The translations under genes were made by a program, and so were the position numbers. The notes below the pieces were generated by a model. That model saw only the letters and a list, made by a program, of their open reading frames with translations. It ran no database searches and was not told the DNA's origin. 64,000 bases of DNA from Paecilomyces variotii (lineage: Eukaryota), in the NCBI GenBank assembly GCA_004022145.1, contig RCNU01000001.1; one strand, 5' to 3'. Position 1 is the first letter of the stretch. Each line of letters starts with the position of its first letter. Positions 27,813 to 42,200 of the stretch are shown here, one piece after another.

Positions 27813-30089
27813 ATGGAGGTCCCTGGTTACTTCTTTGCAGCCTCCGAGTCGAGTGCTTCCAACGGCAGTTCGACCGTTGTCGCGCCAATGTTAGACGTCA
27901 ACAATCCTCACGGTCTCACGGAATCTTTCCACTTTGAGAGTGTCGGCAGCCTGCCTTTGGAGGAGGATACAGCTCCCTTCGCATCACGGCCAGACGAGAT
28001 TCCTGATTTAGACATGCCGGAGTTTGAGTTCGAGCAGTTCGACGGCACGATGGAGTTTCCCCGCGCGGAATATGCGAACATGGACGTTGTTCTCCAGTAT
28101 CCGGTTTACCGCAACATGTCTACTATTCCGGAGGACAGCGATGACGGGGATGCGGGTGATCTCTTTCAAGGCTATGACGATCCGACTGCCGAGAGACAAC
28201 GGTCGTCTAGTATGTCATCCCTCGAGCACGATGAGGACCCTGATAACATGAGGGTGTTCTATCTGGGAGAGAACAACATAAGGGCGCGCATTCCGACGTA
28301 CGTTTCGTCAGAGCCCGTCTCCGACGTAGATCTCGAGGATTTCTATCGAGATCCAAATTATGTGCCCGTATCGACAGAGACTGTGGCACCAGCTGTTGAG
28401 TTTGAACATATCCCTGAGGAGGAAATTACCGACGCGGAGTTTGAAACTCACATGGCCGATCCCTCTATCCATCGAACAAGTATGATGCAGCTCCTTTCCG
28501 TAGTATGTGCAAACTGATGCTGATAAGTTCCACCTTTAGCCTATGAACGGAACCTCACGGTGGACCAATTCATCAGACAATGGCTCTGCCAGTCTACTAT
28601 TGCACCCTTCAGGGACTTTCTGCCTCACCAGGCACCGAAGCCCTCTGTGGAGGCTGCCAATGTCCTGGATTGGGAGCGACCAGAGAGGGTCACACGGCCT
28701 GCCGGCTACGCGCATCAATTTTACGATATTCAGCAAATTCCCTGGCGGCAGAAACTGCGGGTGAGCAGGTCGGCTGCTCGAGCCCTGCGTGATACGTGGT
28801 ACACTTCCTACCACAATTTAGAATATTCACCGCAAGGGGTAAGTCTCTATCTAAGTCCTGTCTCGATCGACCACAAGCTTCGATTCTGATTTCACGTTCA
28901 GCTGGAGAAGATTCTGCCCCGGGAGGAGTTTTATTTCCGAGAAAAGGCCATGTACACTAAAAAGAAGCCATCGATTGAACATTTCCAGCTGCGGAATCTG
29001 ATGTCGGTCATGTCTCACAATACCGTCCAATTTTCCTACCAGTCGAAAGTTTACGCATGGACGCCAGCATATGATGACGTAAACTGTCTCATCGATCTGT
29101 CGAAGCCGTCGGTGGAGACTGGTCTGCAGGGTCCAGTCAAGATCTCAACCATGAAGTGGAAACATGGGATATCGGTTGCAGGCGGTTTCTGCGGGGAATA
29201 CGCCATGCGCGCCGACGGTGCGGAAGGCAATGGTGCAGTTGGCATGCTGACCGCGGACCCCAACGGCATCACAAACCATATCGATATAGTCCGGCATCGT
29301 TCGAATCGGACCCCTGTGGTAGTCTTTGCCTCGAACGACAAACATATACGTACCTTCGATTGCCAACAGGGACGGTTTATCAGTGACCACACTCTGTCGC
29401 GACCCATCAATTGCACCGATACTTCCAGCGATGGCCGTCTCCGCGTTGTCATCGGTGACTCTCCTGAGGCTTGGGTCATCGAGGCCGAGTCGGGTCTCCC
29501 ACTGCGGCCTCTTCGAGGTCATAAGGACTTTGGCTTCGCCTGCGCGTGGTCCCCGGATATGTTACACATTGCTACTAGTAACCAAGATAAAACCGTCAAG
29601 ATCTGGGACGTGCGGATGTGGCGTCTTTTGGAAACGATCGACTCGGATGTTGCAGGGTATCGATCCCTGCGTTTCTCTCCGGTGGGCGGTGGTCCTCGCA
29701 CGCTCCTCATGAGTGAGCCTGCAGATCGCGTCGTCCTTGTCAATGCCCAGACGTACCAGACACGCCAGGTGCACGACTTCTTCGGGGAGATCGCCGGAGC
29801 GGACTACAGTCCTGACGGTGGTTCAATCTGGGTTGCCAACGCGGACGAGCGCTTTGGCGGCTTTATGGAATTCGAGCGCCACCAATGGGGTCAGCCATAT
29901 GGATTGTCTTTCACCGCGCGCGATGAGATCGAAGCCCGCGGCGAGGAGTACCGCCCCGATCTGCCTCATGAATGGGCGCTGGAAGCTGATCTGGAGGAAG
30001 ACGACCGATGCCTTCTCAGCCGTCGGGAGCGGCAGTTGAGGTATCTCCGTAGCCTCGATGACGAAGAACACGATGATCTCTTGCTGTAG
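27813..30089 (+). CDS. WD40-repeat protein (DUF2415-like), 3 exons
   Basis: An acidic N-terminus is followed by HFQLRNLM, VAGGFCGEY, GHKDFGFACAWSPD..IATSNQDKTVKIWDVR and FFGEIAG. Introns are at about 28480-28539 and 28839-28900. Confidence 0.88.
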
Positions 30090-30837
30090 CGTCATATGAA
30101 GTCGGCAACGCACTTCTCTTTCACCGGGCATTTTGCTATCTCGTCTTGGACATAATGATTTGATGTTTTCCCCTTTTGATGTTTGTCTGTTGGGATTCTA
30201 GATACCACCGGTACGGGAGTTGGCATATAGGGCATTATTCCTTGCATCGGATATTGGGTCATACTACTACTATGTACATGTTACGATGGGGCGGCTCTCT
30301 GTATTGATTTGACTGTGTGTTGTGTGTGTCATGCTGTGCCGACCCGGCAAACTGTAGGGACGCACTCTATCACTTCTTTCTTTTTCTTCCTTGGCCTGAT
30401 CTCCGCTGAGGTCATTGGCATTATTATTGGCATCTTCTTGGCTTCTGTAGATACAGCCACACTTGACAGTGCCGGCAACGGAGAAAACCTGGCCCCATCC
30501 GTTCATTCTCTCATAAGTTGATACATGATAGCGTGTGATAGGGTCATCGGGGATCGTCTTGTCTGCGATCTTAGCCGCCTCAGCCATAGTCCGGTGTCTG
30601 GGCATCGTGGCTGAAGCGCATCTAACTGGACATGGCGATGTTTCGTCGACGCGTCCGCCTTGTTGCTGCCCCGCATGGCTGGACTATTAACTGGACTATT
30701 AATTACCCCACCGACAGCAGCAACATCAGCTCCGTCATCGTCCCTCCCCCGCTTGTTGTAAATATTTATTTGTATTTCTCCATCCATTCTTCCTGAACTT
30801 CTCCAAGAAACAAGACGTTCTCTTTCTAGCAGCAGCC

Positions 30838-31707
30838 ATGTCCTACAACGACTACAACGACCGCTCCGAGTACGGCCGTGGCGGCGGCAACGGTGGCTAT
30901 GGCCGCGACGAGTACTCGGACAACCGCCGTGATGATGGCTACGGCAACCGTGGAGGTGACTATGACGGTGGCCGTCAGGAATACGGTGGTGGCCGTCAAG
31001 AATATGGTGGTGGTCGTCAGGAATATGGTGGTGGTCGTCAGGAATATGGTGGTGGTGACCGTTCCGAAGGCCGCTACAACGACACTCGCTACGATGATAC
31101 CCCTCAGAACCGCTACTCCTCCCACAACGATGACTACAGCGGAGCTGTGTCGCACGCCCAAAGACACGATGACGACAGCGATCAGAACTCGTCGTTCTTC
31201 TCCCAGGCTGCCTCCTTCCTGAGCCAGAACAAGGACCGCTTCTCCTCGAACACCGACATCGACGAGGAGCAGGCCGTCAAGGCCCACAAGTCATTGTACG
31301 GCGGCGGCGGTGACAGTGACCAGCAGCACAGCTCCCAGTCCGTGGGAGCCGGTGCCGCCATAGAGGCCCTGAAGAAGTTCACCCAGGGAAGCAGTGGTGG
31401 CGGTGACGACAAGAGTCAATTGATTGGTTTGGCCATGGCGCAGGCCAGCAAGCTCTGGGACCAGCAGGGCGGTAATGCTGTATGTATCCTTCCTTCCTTC
31501 CTTGCTTTTTCTGCGAAATTCCCGTATACATACTTCACGTTTTACTAAACTAACTACCCAACTCTACAGTCCGGCGACAAGCAATCCGCCATCAACTCCG
31601 CTGCTGAGATGGCTCTGAAGATGTACTTGAAGAATCAGGGTGGCTCTGGACTCGGTGGCACCGGTGGTCCCAGCGGTCTGTTGAGTCTTGCCAGCAAGTT
31701 CCTGTGA
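30838..31707 (+). CDS. Gly/Asp/Tyr-rich 'beta-flanking'-like protein (exons 30838-31479, 31570-31707)
   Basis: Low-complexity N-terminus and a conserved-looking C-terminal part (GAGAAIEALKKF, LIGLAMAQASKLWD, KQSAINSAAEMALKMYLK, LLSLASKFL). Strong codon bias and a clean GT..AG intron. Confidence 0.8.
30967..31056 (+). repeat. Coding 21-bp tandem repeat (GGRQEYG x4)
   Basis: GGTGG(C/T)CGTCA(G/A)GAATA(C/T)GGT units are read directly. Confidence 0.9.
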
Positions 31708-33953
31708 ATGTCATACCATGAGACTTCTCTCCCTATTCCTAATTGATGGTCTCGAAAAGGGATGGATACGTGATGAAAGCACAAATGAATGAAAAGAAGA
31801 GGCCCCTTCTACCTCTTATGAGGTTGTGATGATCTTCGAAGAGAGAGAGAAATAAAAAATGATGAATAGAAGAATCACATACATATCTTCTCAGACACTC
31901 GGACTCGTAGTGCGACTAGCTGCATCAACCATCAACGGTAGTTATGCCCGTCTGCCTCGACGAGAGTTGGTCAGTTGGGTCTATTCAAGTCAGCGTAATT
32001 GCTGAGATCCACGCGAAGCCGATTCTTCATGTTAAACGGCGAAGAAGACAATTTCTACACGAAGGTATATATGTAGCCGAGGTTATACCAGACAATATAA
32101 CAGTAGAACAGTCTTGCTTTCTGTCTGGTAGTTCTCGACGTGCTGCCAAATAAGTAGCAGAATATCCATTTGGAGGACAGACTATCACGAAGGGGGGGAA
32201 AAGATACTCACAGGCTACGTGTACGAATTATGATGAAGTCGTCTCGACTACTCTAAAGAAGCTGCGAGTCCGTATGTCTGGCGGTTATCGACAACTACGA
32301 GGAAAACTTGACTTTCTACAGAGGAAAGGAAAACTAAGATCCAGAGACTATTGGATATTTTTCATTTCTTTCAATATTTGTGCAAATAAACAGTATGCAA
32401 TTACATGCTCGTCTAATTACATGACGTTTGTCCCGAGATGACAGGAGATCCGCTCGACTCTCAGGAGAACCGGCAGGCGGCTCATGGTCACATTCGCCAG
32501 CTAGAAGAAGGCCTAAAAGCCCGCCTCTACCAGCCTCTTACGTCGTCAAAGGGACGGTAATTCGCTCGAAGGTCGGCATAGGCCAGACTAGAAACCATAT
32601 TATGACATGGGGGACGTGGAAAGAAGTTCTCCACTTGGGATCCCTCCTATGCCGCTGCTTCTGTAGTTTTATTCAAAAGCCAGTAAGATGATTGCTGAAA
32701 CAGTTCTGACGACATTGGGCTAACTGCGAAAGTGGCCTTATAAACTCGAGATCATGTAGGGCGCTTGAACTTCTTGACGAGTCCCTAGCAAGATTTTCGT
32801 TCTGTGTAACGCGACCTCAAGGAAGGTTGTGATATCCCATGCTCCCGCGGAACCCCTGTGAGGATAGGAGTGTCTTCGGTCGAGTATCATCTGTTCCTAG
32901 GACGAGGTACGATGCACGACTGTTTGCTCATGTATATGATCTTAGAGATTCACCGGTAGCACCGGTACCGCTGTCAACATTGCTGGCTTTCTTTCTTTTG
33001 AGATCCTCTAGTAGCACGAGTATTCGGGTAGAAGCTAACTATTGGTAAGGGTTAGTAACGACTAGTATGTCTTTAGAATATCAATACTTACTGAGAGCAG
33101 CTATGGTTGATTTTGTTGCATGCCTTGTGCTTTTTTCTGACCTCGCAGAGGTCCTGCATTATATCAATCAGGGTGTCTGGGCCTAGATAATAAATTGCGA
33201 GACCAGTAGAAGTAAGCTTCTTGCCAAAGACTGAGTGGAACAAAAAAGCCATGAAATCTAGGTTTCTTCCTCAAGAATTGCCGGACCCCCACGCAAGCCT
33301 CCAACCAGGTACGTCACATCCATACGAGCGTTGGCGATAGTCGTCACTGTTCTCTGTCCACTCACCCCCGATGTTCCAGGGAGAGCGGAATAATCCCACT
33401 GTCCACACCTTGCCTGAAGAACCTTTTTTTTTTTTGCATGTCTCTTCGATGTGGCTGAATGTAGAAGAACGAGGAAAACGGTATATCTGTTTTGACTCCA
33501 TCCGGCGCCGGCAATACGAGATAGCACCAGTATTTTTTCCCTTTGGAAGAAGGATTGTGAGCATCCAAGATAGATATGAAAAAGCAGAAAGATGCTGGCA
33601 TGCACACCGACCTGGGGAAGGCACCCAGCGGTAAATTCAACATGTTTATTTGGCTTCATCAAAACTCGAGTTTTGGGGAACTGACTTCAACTTTTAGTTT
33701 CAGGTACGGCAGCATAAACAGTTCTGTGCAGTTGTACTCAACAGACGGCATTTCGTCCTGACGACGCTGATAGCGAGCCCCCACCTCAAACCAGCCCACA
33801 GCAGACACGGCTGGAGAAGCCGTCAAAATAATTGGCCAGCGGAGGATCTATTAGAAGAACTCGTCCATGGCGCTGGGACATCATTTCCTAGCGTCATAGT
33901 ATACCGCGAGGTTCCAGAAGTCTAAGTACTGATTCTCACAAGCTAAAATAAGA

Positions 33954-34326
33954 TTAAAGGCCAACGAGATATCCTGTTAAGCCATGAAGCTGGCGGTATT
34001 CAACCATATAGCATTCCAATTGCGCTTTAGCTGATAGCTTTTTACCCTCGTCGTTTTTATATTCTTGCCGTTTGCATTCAACAAACAAATGAGTCGAAAG
34101 TTGGCCGAACAAAAGCTTTTCGATGATCAAATTTGACCGTATACCATTTCCAATGCTTTCGTCAATTCGCGACTCTCGCTCAATCGCAAATTCATTGGGG
34201 GCCGAAACGATGGCACAGATCTTGAGTCCACAAATGATCGAAATGGTCCTCAAGAGTATCGTCCTTAACATTATTTAGGCAATATTCCCCGAAGTGTTAG
34301 CCATAGGTGGCTCCGCTCACTGGCAT
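33954..34326 (-). pseudogene. Degenerate PD-(D/E)XK nuclease-like gene
   Basis: Reconstruction across one stop and a frameshift in the C-run at about 34197-34201 gives LEDHFDHLWTQDLCHRFGP/NEFAIERESR..GIRSNLII..LFVECKR..AKAQLECYM. Confidence 0.55.
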
Positions 34327-35451
34327 CGTCATCTTCATCGTCATCTTCTTCAGAGTACTCCTCTTGCAAAGAGGGAAAACAAGGATCTTGTGCTGGTTTC
34401 GCACTGGAAAGAACACTAGGAAGTCTTTCCAAGTGTTGCAACACATCATGATGCAAGATCGATCTTGTCTTATGTTCAACATCAGAAAGATACCAGCGGT
34501 CCAAAAGCTCGCGCTCAAGACGAATTACACGACAACTACTACAAGTGCTGTAGCCATCGTATGATTGGCCCTGAACACTTCTTCGTGCAAAGCATGCTCC
34601 CGGCAGGGACCTGAGGCAATCCATATAATATATCCGGCGGTATTCGACAGAAGGAAATAAACGAACTCCATCTCTGGAAAATATAGGAGGAGCTTTCCTT
34701 CATTACTCCTATTAACACCAATATAAGTCATCTACCAGGATATGGAGAAATCAACATATAAAGAGTAAAATGTTATGACAATGTACGATAATTTAGCAGA
34801 TTGACTGTCATCAGTCTTGGCTCGAAGACATGGTGAGAGCTCGTGTGGCGGAGACGGATTGTGATCGAGTGACAGATGGCGGATAAGTTGCAGGCCAGGA
34901 AGGCGCAATCTCAGATGCAGGCGCTGGACCATGAATCCACGATACTGGTCTTCCATTACCAAACGAATTTGGGGCGGATGTAGCGCTTGAATGCGGAAGA
35001 TGATGACTGATCCCTGGTTGTAGAAGTTTGCTGAACATTCTCCTGATTTTTTCTCGGGACCAGGTCTCCCTCCGCGTCTTTCTCCCACCCCTCACCAATC
35101 CGCGTCTAGTAAGTAACTGTGGTAAAGATAACCCAAAGTACAGCGTTATCAATTCGAATTATCATGTAGTTCGGGCGGGCTCCCCTCGCCAGTCCAACGT
35201 TCATCGTGTTGATGAGAACTTTTGGCAACTAATCGAGACGATGAAGAAAATTATGGTCTAATCACATAAATATGCACACAGACGACAAATGGCATCTCCA
35301 GCTTCTGTCCTGGAGAGAACCAGCGGAATGTGGCCTAATAACCAAAGTATAGCTGTACCAAGGCAAATGAGAATTCAAGAACAGGGGGGATATCATCGGA
35401 AGGCCATTCTGCCTTTTCACTTTTCACAAAGCACAGTCGAGCCGGGCGCTT

Positions 35452-36231
35452 GTGAGGTCCTCGAATGATTACTCGGTTGGAAATTGGTTCAGAGTGACCG
35501 TTGAAGTGGTATCGCCGATAAGTAACTGTGCCCTCGGAGAAGGGGATTCTTTACGAGAGGCATCGCCGGATAAGACATTTGTCCCATATTTTCGCGATAT
35601 GATGCCCGACGGCACCGCCGACGAGCTCATTATCTTGCCAGACAAACTTGTGAATGGCCTTGTGTGTGAGGCAAAAAACCGATGTCGGATCATGGTCATC
35701 TGACGTGAAGGGGGTGAAGTCGGACAGATGTTCTGGAAGACAGACATGCCCGGCACTCGGCATTCAGAAAGCTTCGTTCATATTGGACGTCTCGAATTGG
35801 AAATTTCGCCTTCGATCTTCACGCGTTTCAGGGCTCGAGACACTGATGATCCGTACAAGGAACAAAAATTGTCAAGTCTCGTGGGGAAATCACCCAAAAC
35901 AACGATGAAAAGCATTGGCACACAGGCACAATTTGATACGAAACTCGGGACGCATTCGTACCCAATGGTACCTCTTTCTTGTTTGAAGTTTCCACAGTCG
36001 AAAGTGGGCTGTCCTAAACGAAGCCCACAGCAACTGCTGAATGATGACAAGGAGTATCCGTCCAAAATTACCCCGAGCAAGAGAGATTTTCTCCAGGACG
36101 TCGTATTGCTGGAGTTCCTCTGTTATATAACGAGCAAGTATCCTACTCGCTTCGAGAACAGGGCCGCATCTCAAGCAGAGATGATTAAAATCTTGAACCT
36201 CTGGCTAGGCCCATATAGCTCGTCCGATTGA
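35452..36231 (+). pseudogene. Unknown gene remnant: 780-bp reading frame broken by one stop
   Basis: ORFs 35452-35703 and 35728-36231 are in the same frame and separated only by TGA at 35701-35703. Confidence 0.35.
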
Positions 36232-39200
36232 GTAACTTAATGGTCTCCGAGTTTTTTCCTCATTGGCTATATAGATAAAAAAGTTAGTTAAGGTTTCCCA
36301 CGAGAAAGACTAGCGATAAAGAAGAACATACACACGATGCATTTTCAACTCATACATCTTCATTCTTTTCCCGTATTTTATTCTCTTCCCAGTGAACGAG
36401 AACTAGCTCTTTGCCAATAAAAGGAAAGAATATGGATACAAATGAAAAGGAAGTCCCAATATGGGGAACTGTCGGTAGGTTTCGGGAAACGTAAGGATTC
36501 AATCTGCTCTGTGTCAGGACATCCAGGAGTCCCTCGTGCATCATCAGTGACTATAGGAAATATATGATATCTGATGAGCATCTATGATAGTCATGATAGA
36601 AATTCGGGTATTTGGAAAACATAATAAGATTAGTGCCTGGGAATGAAACCCAGAAAGGCCCAATTTCATCGCGCATGGCTATCGTCAAAAGTCATAGTTG
36701 ATAAGTGACGACTCTCGTATAACAGATAAGGTTGCGCATATAAAGATCATCGAAAGGGACACCAAATCAGCCTGAGAATCAGGTTGAACAGGGCAGATCA
36801 GGGATACCATCACAAGTAGCGTCCTACGATTTGCGCCAAGGGTCATCCTCCCACGACTCGATTCGCGTCACAACGATGGCACGATGCTTTTCCAAATCGG
36901 CGTGAGCCCGACGCATAGCATCCAGAGGCAGACTCGAGAGCATGGGCGGGAAGTATGAGACGTCTCCATCGTACGCAGCGCGGGGACGATCTTCAATGTT
37001 TATGGAACGAGAAGCGCGTTCGGTCTCCAACGTCTTCTTGTTGCCAGAGTATTAATATAACAGAAACAACAACCATGATGTGAATGGATTGCAGGATAAA
37101 GTAAACGGCCAGACTGAAGCTGCAGAGGAGCTTTACAAGTATTGCCAGAATGGCCGACGCAATATTGCAGACGCATTTGGAATCGAATATATGCTATGAT
37201 AAGACGTATATGTATATATCTCAAATCTCAGACAATGTGAGATGCAAAAATGATGGATAAAATTGAGAGATAACGTTCTATTTGACGTGAAAATGGAAGC
37301 AGTCTACATATTTCCTGTTCGCACTGTCCAAAGTATGACGATCTAGCTTGAAATTCTGACTTGGATGGAACATCCGATGTGCTGTTCTGTACTATATTTG
37401 ATTCAAACTGTAGATATAAAATCTCAAAATGTGGACTTCGGGAAGAAGAAAGTAGTTGGATGGGAGATGAAATGGAACAGTCGCAGGTGGAAATTGACGC
37501 CTATTTATGCTCCTATGGGAGCGGGGAAACTGCTATATATAGGTGAATCCAGATGAGGGGTAACTTCAATTCCTCAGCAGCGTTCAAGGTTCAATAGCAT
37601 TCCCTGGCATCTTTATCCGTCGGTGAGTTCCATCAATGCCATGTCCGGTGCTTTGGTCCTAGGTGAATGCAGCAGAAGTCGAAGGGACTTGACGTCCTGA
37701 AGCAAACAAGGCAAATGTCAGTGGCTGAGCTTGTATGTGTGCATGATGCATGATGTTACATCATGACTAGGACTAGGAAGACTTATCATACCTTGTATAT
37801 AAGTATGAAGAAGATTTTATATGATAACTTGCATAACGCTATGACGACCCACTCAAGGCAAACATAGGAAGAGATGGCAGCCCTGCCCAAGGACATGTGT
37901 CAGTATATAACAGGTATGGGTTGTTTTAGAGACACACGGAAAGGGACTTACATGGAGTAAGAACATCTGTGTCGGTCCTTTCCATTTATGACTTCGATAA
38001 AGCATGACATCCGAGAAAGAATGCACAAACGACTGACATGACTTCGGCGAGACACCAGGATTCTGTCTGATTCGAACACCTCTCTTGGCTGATCTCTGTC
38101 CATCCGAATTGGCGTCGAGCATGATATCGTCTTCATCGGTCTGCCCAAACATCCAATTGCACTGGCCATATTCAGATAGGCCAAGGTTGCATCGTTGTCG
38201 TTGGATCAGTTGTCAGCCGAAACATCCACTGAAAACATTTCTGAGCAGCAAGGCTAAAGGCCTAATATTCATATGGGAGATTCCACAGAAGTCACACATG
38301 GCCCAACATGGGAAGACAGGTTAGGTTAACAATAAGTGGGCATAACTAGGTATCTAGTAATAGAAAAGACATTGAAGTGGGAGATCTCGGAGAATGGAGG
38401 TGAACCCAGAATCGAACGAAAGTTCCCATGAAGAAGGGCATTGATATTTGGGAATATGTGAAGCAGGTACCGGACCAGACTGAGAGGAAGACGACATGGT
38501 TCGAAAGCACCGTCGGAAAGCCCACTCGCGCGAGTTGGTAGGCCATTTTGATGTTTGATGTATGGAAAGAAGAATGCAAACATCACAACTTGATAAGGCG
38601 GCATACTATCAATCGATAAACAATCAAAGGTGCTGGCCTCGGTCTCTCGGCTCCTGTTCGCATCTGCAACAATGCTGAGGGAGGAGAGCCATGCAGACTT
38701 TCCTCCATCATACCATTCCCCTGTAGAACAAGACGATAAAGTGTTTTATGTGATTTGCTTTAACAACGATGCACATTGGCAAGGAAGAGAGGAATAATTA
38801 TGGGCTGATGATCTTCATAATATCAGACGCACGAGCCCAAGTTCTGGAAACAAAAGCCATCAATCCCGGCCGGTAAGTGAGCGGCCAATATCAATTACCC
38901 TGTGTAGGTAAACCATGGGCATCCACAATCAGATTGATTATAGAAAAGCGACAGTATAATCTCTCACATTATACTTAACCGACGTTTTCACCATAATTGA
39001 ACATGATGTTTGGTTTCCCCGGCCTTAGCCATGAAGGCGTCACTTTGACCGTCGAAATATGCCGTGGTATATATCACCGTATAAAGAAATAAGATCTCAG
39101 TATCGAACTTGCGACCCGTTTGGAAATAAGTTATGTATGCAACCTTAAGTATTCCAGACGAGCTTGCTTAACTCATCAACAAACGAAACTGTATTTCACA

Positions 39201-42200
39201 ACCGACGATGATCTGTGAGGGCGCTATCGTGAGTCACAATATCTTAATGAAAATGTAGCAATGAAGACTCGAAAAAGTGAAACATATAGCAATGCGTCAA
39301 TCCAAGGGGCCATGTCGTTGGCAATCTGGCTATCCTGAAGGCCCCGGTCGCCTTTTCCTGGTTTCTTGGGCCATGAGGTATAAAAGCCACGGCAATCGAG
39401 GACTTTTTGAGCGGCGCTTCGATCACTCTGTTTATATCCGACCCCCATGCCTATAAACGTTAAACTAAACGATTATAAATGTGACGTTAAGTGATGCCAG
39501 CTTCGATATCGTTATTGCTGAAAACCCGAATCACAAACATGCAAGGTGATCAGAAATAACAGTCTAGATCTCCCTATATCTGTAATCTCTGAAGATCTGA
39601 TGGCAATAGGATAAATATCTATAAGAGACAAGGAAGACAGCAAGCATCCGTTGGTGGATGCAGGACGAGCCAGGCACAACAACAGGCACCATCTGTCGAT
39701 GAAGCACACATTGCATTTCTCTTCTTTTTCGAAGACCATCGAATTTTTATTCGACACTTCTTTTTTGGGCAATGCCAGTTATACACAATAAATAAAATGG
39801 AGGGGAAAGGCGAGGATTCGTTGAGCCCAGGCCACAGCCATCGTTCGACAGGCGAGACCTTTTTCTCCTCTTCGAAGGCGAATGTCTCTTCTTCCTGTTT
39901 GATATTGACAGCATTCCAGTTTATACACAATGGTAAATAAAGTGGATGGGAGCTTCTTCTATCTCCGATGCAGAAACGTAGCTCGTAAGAAGATGGACAC
40001 CACCCACCCAGTCAACGACATCAAGGACCACCTGAAAAGCAGTTTGGTACCGTCATGTGGGAAGGGGCTATGGGGAGCCACCCGAAGCAGTTTCGGTGGA
40101 GGTGATGGTGAACGGATCGCTTCTGGATGCCAAAGAAAGAAAACAGTGATGGCTCCACGATATCCAGATGGAAAATTTCCAATATCTTCGTCAGTATTGA
40201 AGAAATAGGCCAGAGCAGCCATTTTTGGCCATCTGCGCCGATTTTGGGCAAGATAGCGCTCTCTGTTTCAAGTTCTGAATACATAGGTGATCTGTTCTTG
40301 TTTCTTCCCCACGGGCGATGGCTGTATCTGTGTGCTGAAAGGAACGACCCCGTCTCTTATTGTTGAGAGCCGCCATCCCGAGCTGCGAATGAAAGAGATA
40401 CACTCGCACATCATGAAGACTCTGAGAATCAGTGTTCGATTTCAAAATCACGATGGACCCTGGTCTTGCTCTGATGCCTTCCCGAGACCTTGTCCGAAGC
40501 TTCTCTTCGATCTTGTTACCGCATGAACTTCCCCCGGAGCAAAGAGTTACCAGGAAGGTATTTTAGTGTACACTCTTCCATTTCGATGGGAAGTAGTCTC
40601 CCTTGTCCTGGCATGACTGGAAGCTGTGAGAACAGCTGGAACAGCCCGGGTGCGTATATAATAGATATTATCTCAAATGATAATCATAAAAAGGCTTCAC
40701 TTCCTGACTGGAAGTTGCGCGGGCAACGTCCCTCTGAAAGGGGATCGAAAAAGGAAGAAAACGTTGTGTCCCTTGATATTGAAGAAAGAAGCATCCGTTG
40801 GTGGATGCAGGAGGAGCCATTATTCGTCTAGTCCCCGTTCTAGAAGACCCAGGAACTTCTGCAGCGCGAATACTCGGCCACGAGCACTGTGATGGCACCG
40901 TGGAGAGGATGTCATGTAGTGATGACCGTTGACTATTGCGTGATGTTTGGATACTGTCTGTCGCTCCACTTCATCTGTCTAGAAAATGGGAGCATATTGA
41001 TATGCAAGAGCCATGGAGATAAAGTTCCGTGACGAACAGTCTGAACTGTATGAAGAGGAGAAGTTTCCTAAATCAGGAGTTTGGCCTCCAGTTACTTTTC
41101 TGGAAACTTCTGACTCCCCTCTTCTCCCATAGTAAAGCAGAGGCGAAATCCCACGCCCATGTGGGCCCATAGTTCACCAAAAGGGGGTATATTGTACCCA
41201 AAGCTTCGAGTTCAATGTATTCAGAATAAGTAATTATTTAATGACTGGAAGTATATATAGGATTATAGAAATGCGAGTCCCGGGTCATGATCCGGGAATA
41301 AAGAGCCTTCAACCGTACGAATTAAACGGATAACTTCATGTTCACTCTTTCATGGTCAACGAAGTTCTCGAAGAACAGGCCGGTGAGCTTTTGTTCCTTT
41401 GCTAGCGAAATCTTAGCTGTTGCCGTGGGGGCGAGGTCATCATGTCCTGGTTATCGGGTTCTGAGGTCCTGGTTCCTCCAGCCAGAGACACAAAGTTCAA
41501 CTAACGATTTTGATCGGAATGCAGCGCTAGGAGCGAGCTTTTGCGACACGAGAACCAATCCCCCGCGTGGTGCATGGTCCTGCAGTGGTTGTATTCAGCC
41601 GGGCGTTCTGTTCAGGCAGGGATGATGAAAACAAATTACACCCCAGCATATTGTTGAAGATAGCCACAATATAGAATAAACTCGCAAAATGATAATGAAC
41701 CAAAAGAGCATTCTGCACCATCATCTATATATCAACCCTTTCACAATCCCTCAAGGTAATGGTCGATTGAGCAGGGAGCACCCAGCCATTCAGCCCTGAG
41801 ATAGATGAAGGTGGGCAGCCATGACGACAGGGACGAGGTAGCCCAGCGTCCATCGATTATTGAAAATAGAGAGATGAGAAGATCCGGTAAGATTGAGAAA
41901 AGCACTGCTGGGTCGAGGCTTTTCATGCATCCGAGATTTCAACCCTGAGGAAAGCAAGATACCAGACATTTCAAAGAAGCAAGAATGACACGGCAAGAAG
42001 CCAATATAGAATTTGGGAAATAAGTGATAAAATAGGTCATATATCAACCGACCATATTTCTCTGGAGGGAAATCTGGAAAGAAGAGAGAAACGATCCCGT
42101 GTAGATATTGTATATAGTTCCCATAGACGTCGAAGTGGCTGAGCGTAGTAAGTTTGAATATACATATTGCGACCAGCCGCTCAGCTCAGACTATTGTTAT

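Noticed and set aside
31888-31900. TTCTCAGACACTC, similar to the TIR core of the 54.6 kb element, at the left edge of the island
   Set aside because: It is only 12 of 13 nt with no partner repeat or TSD found, so it is probably chance.
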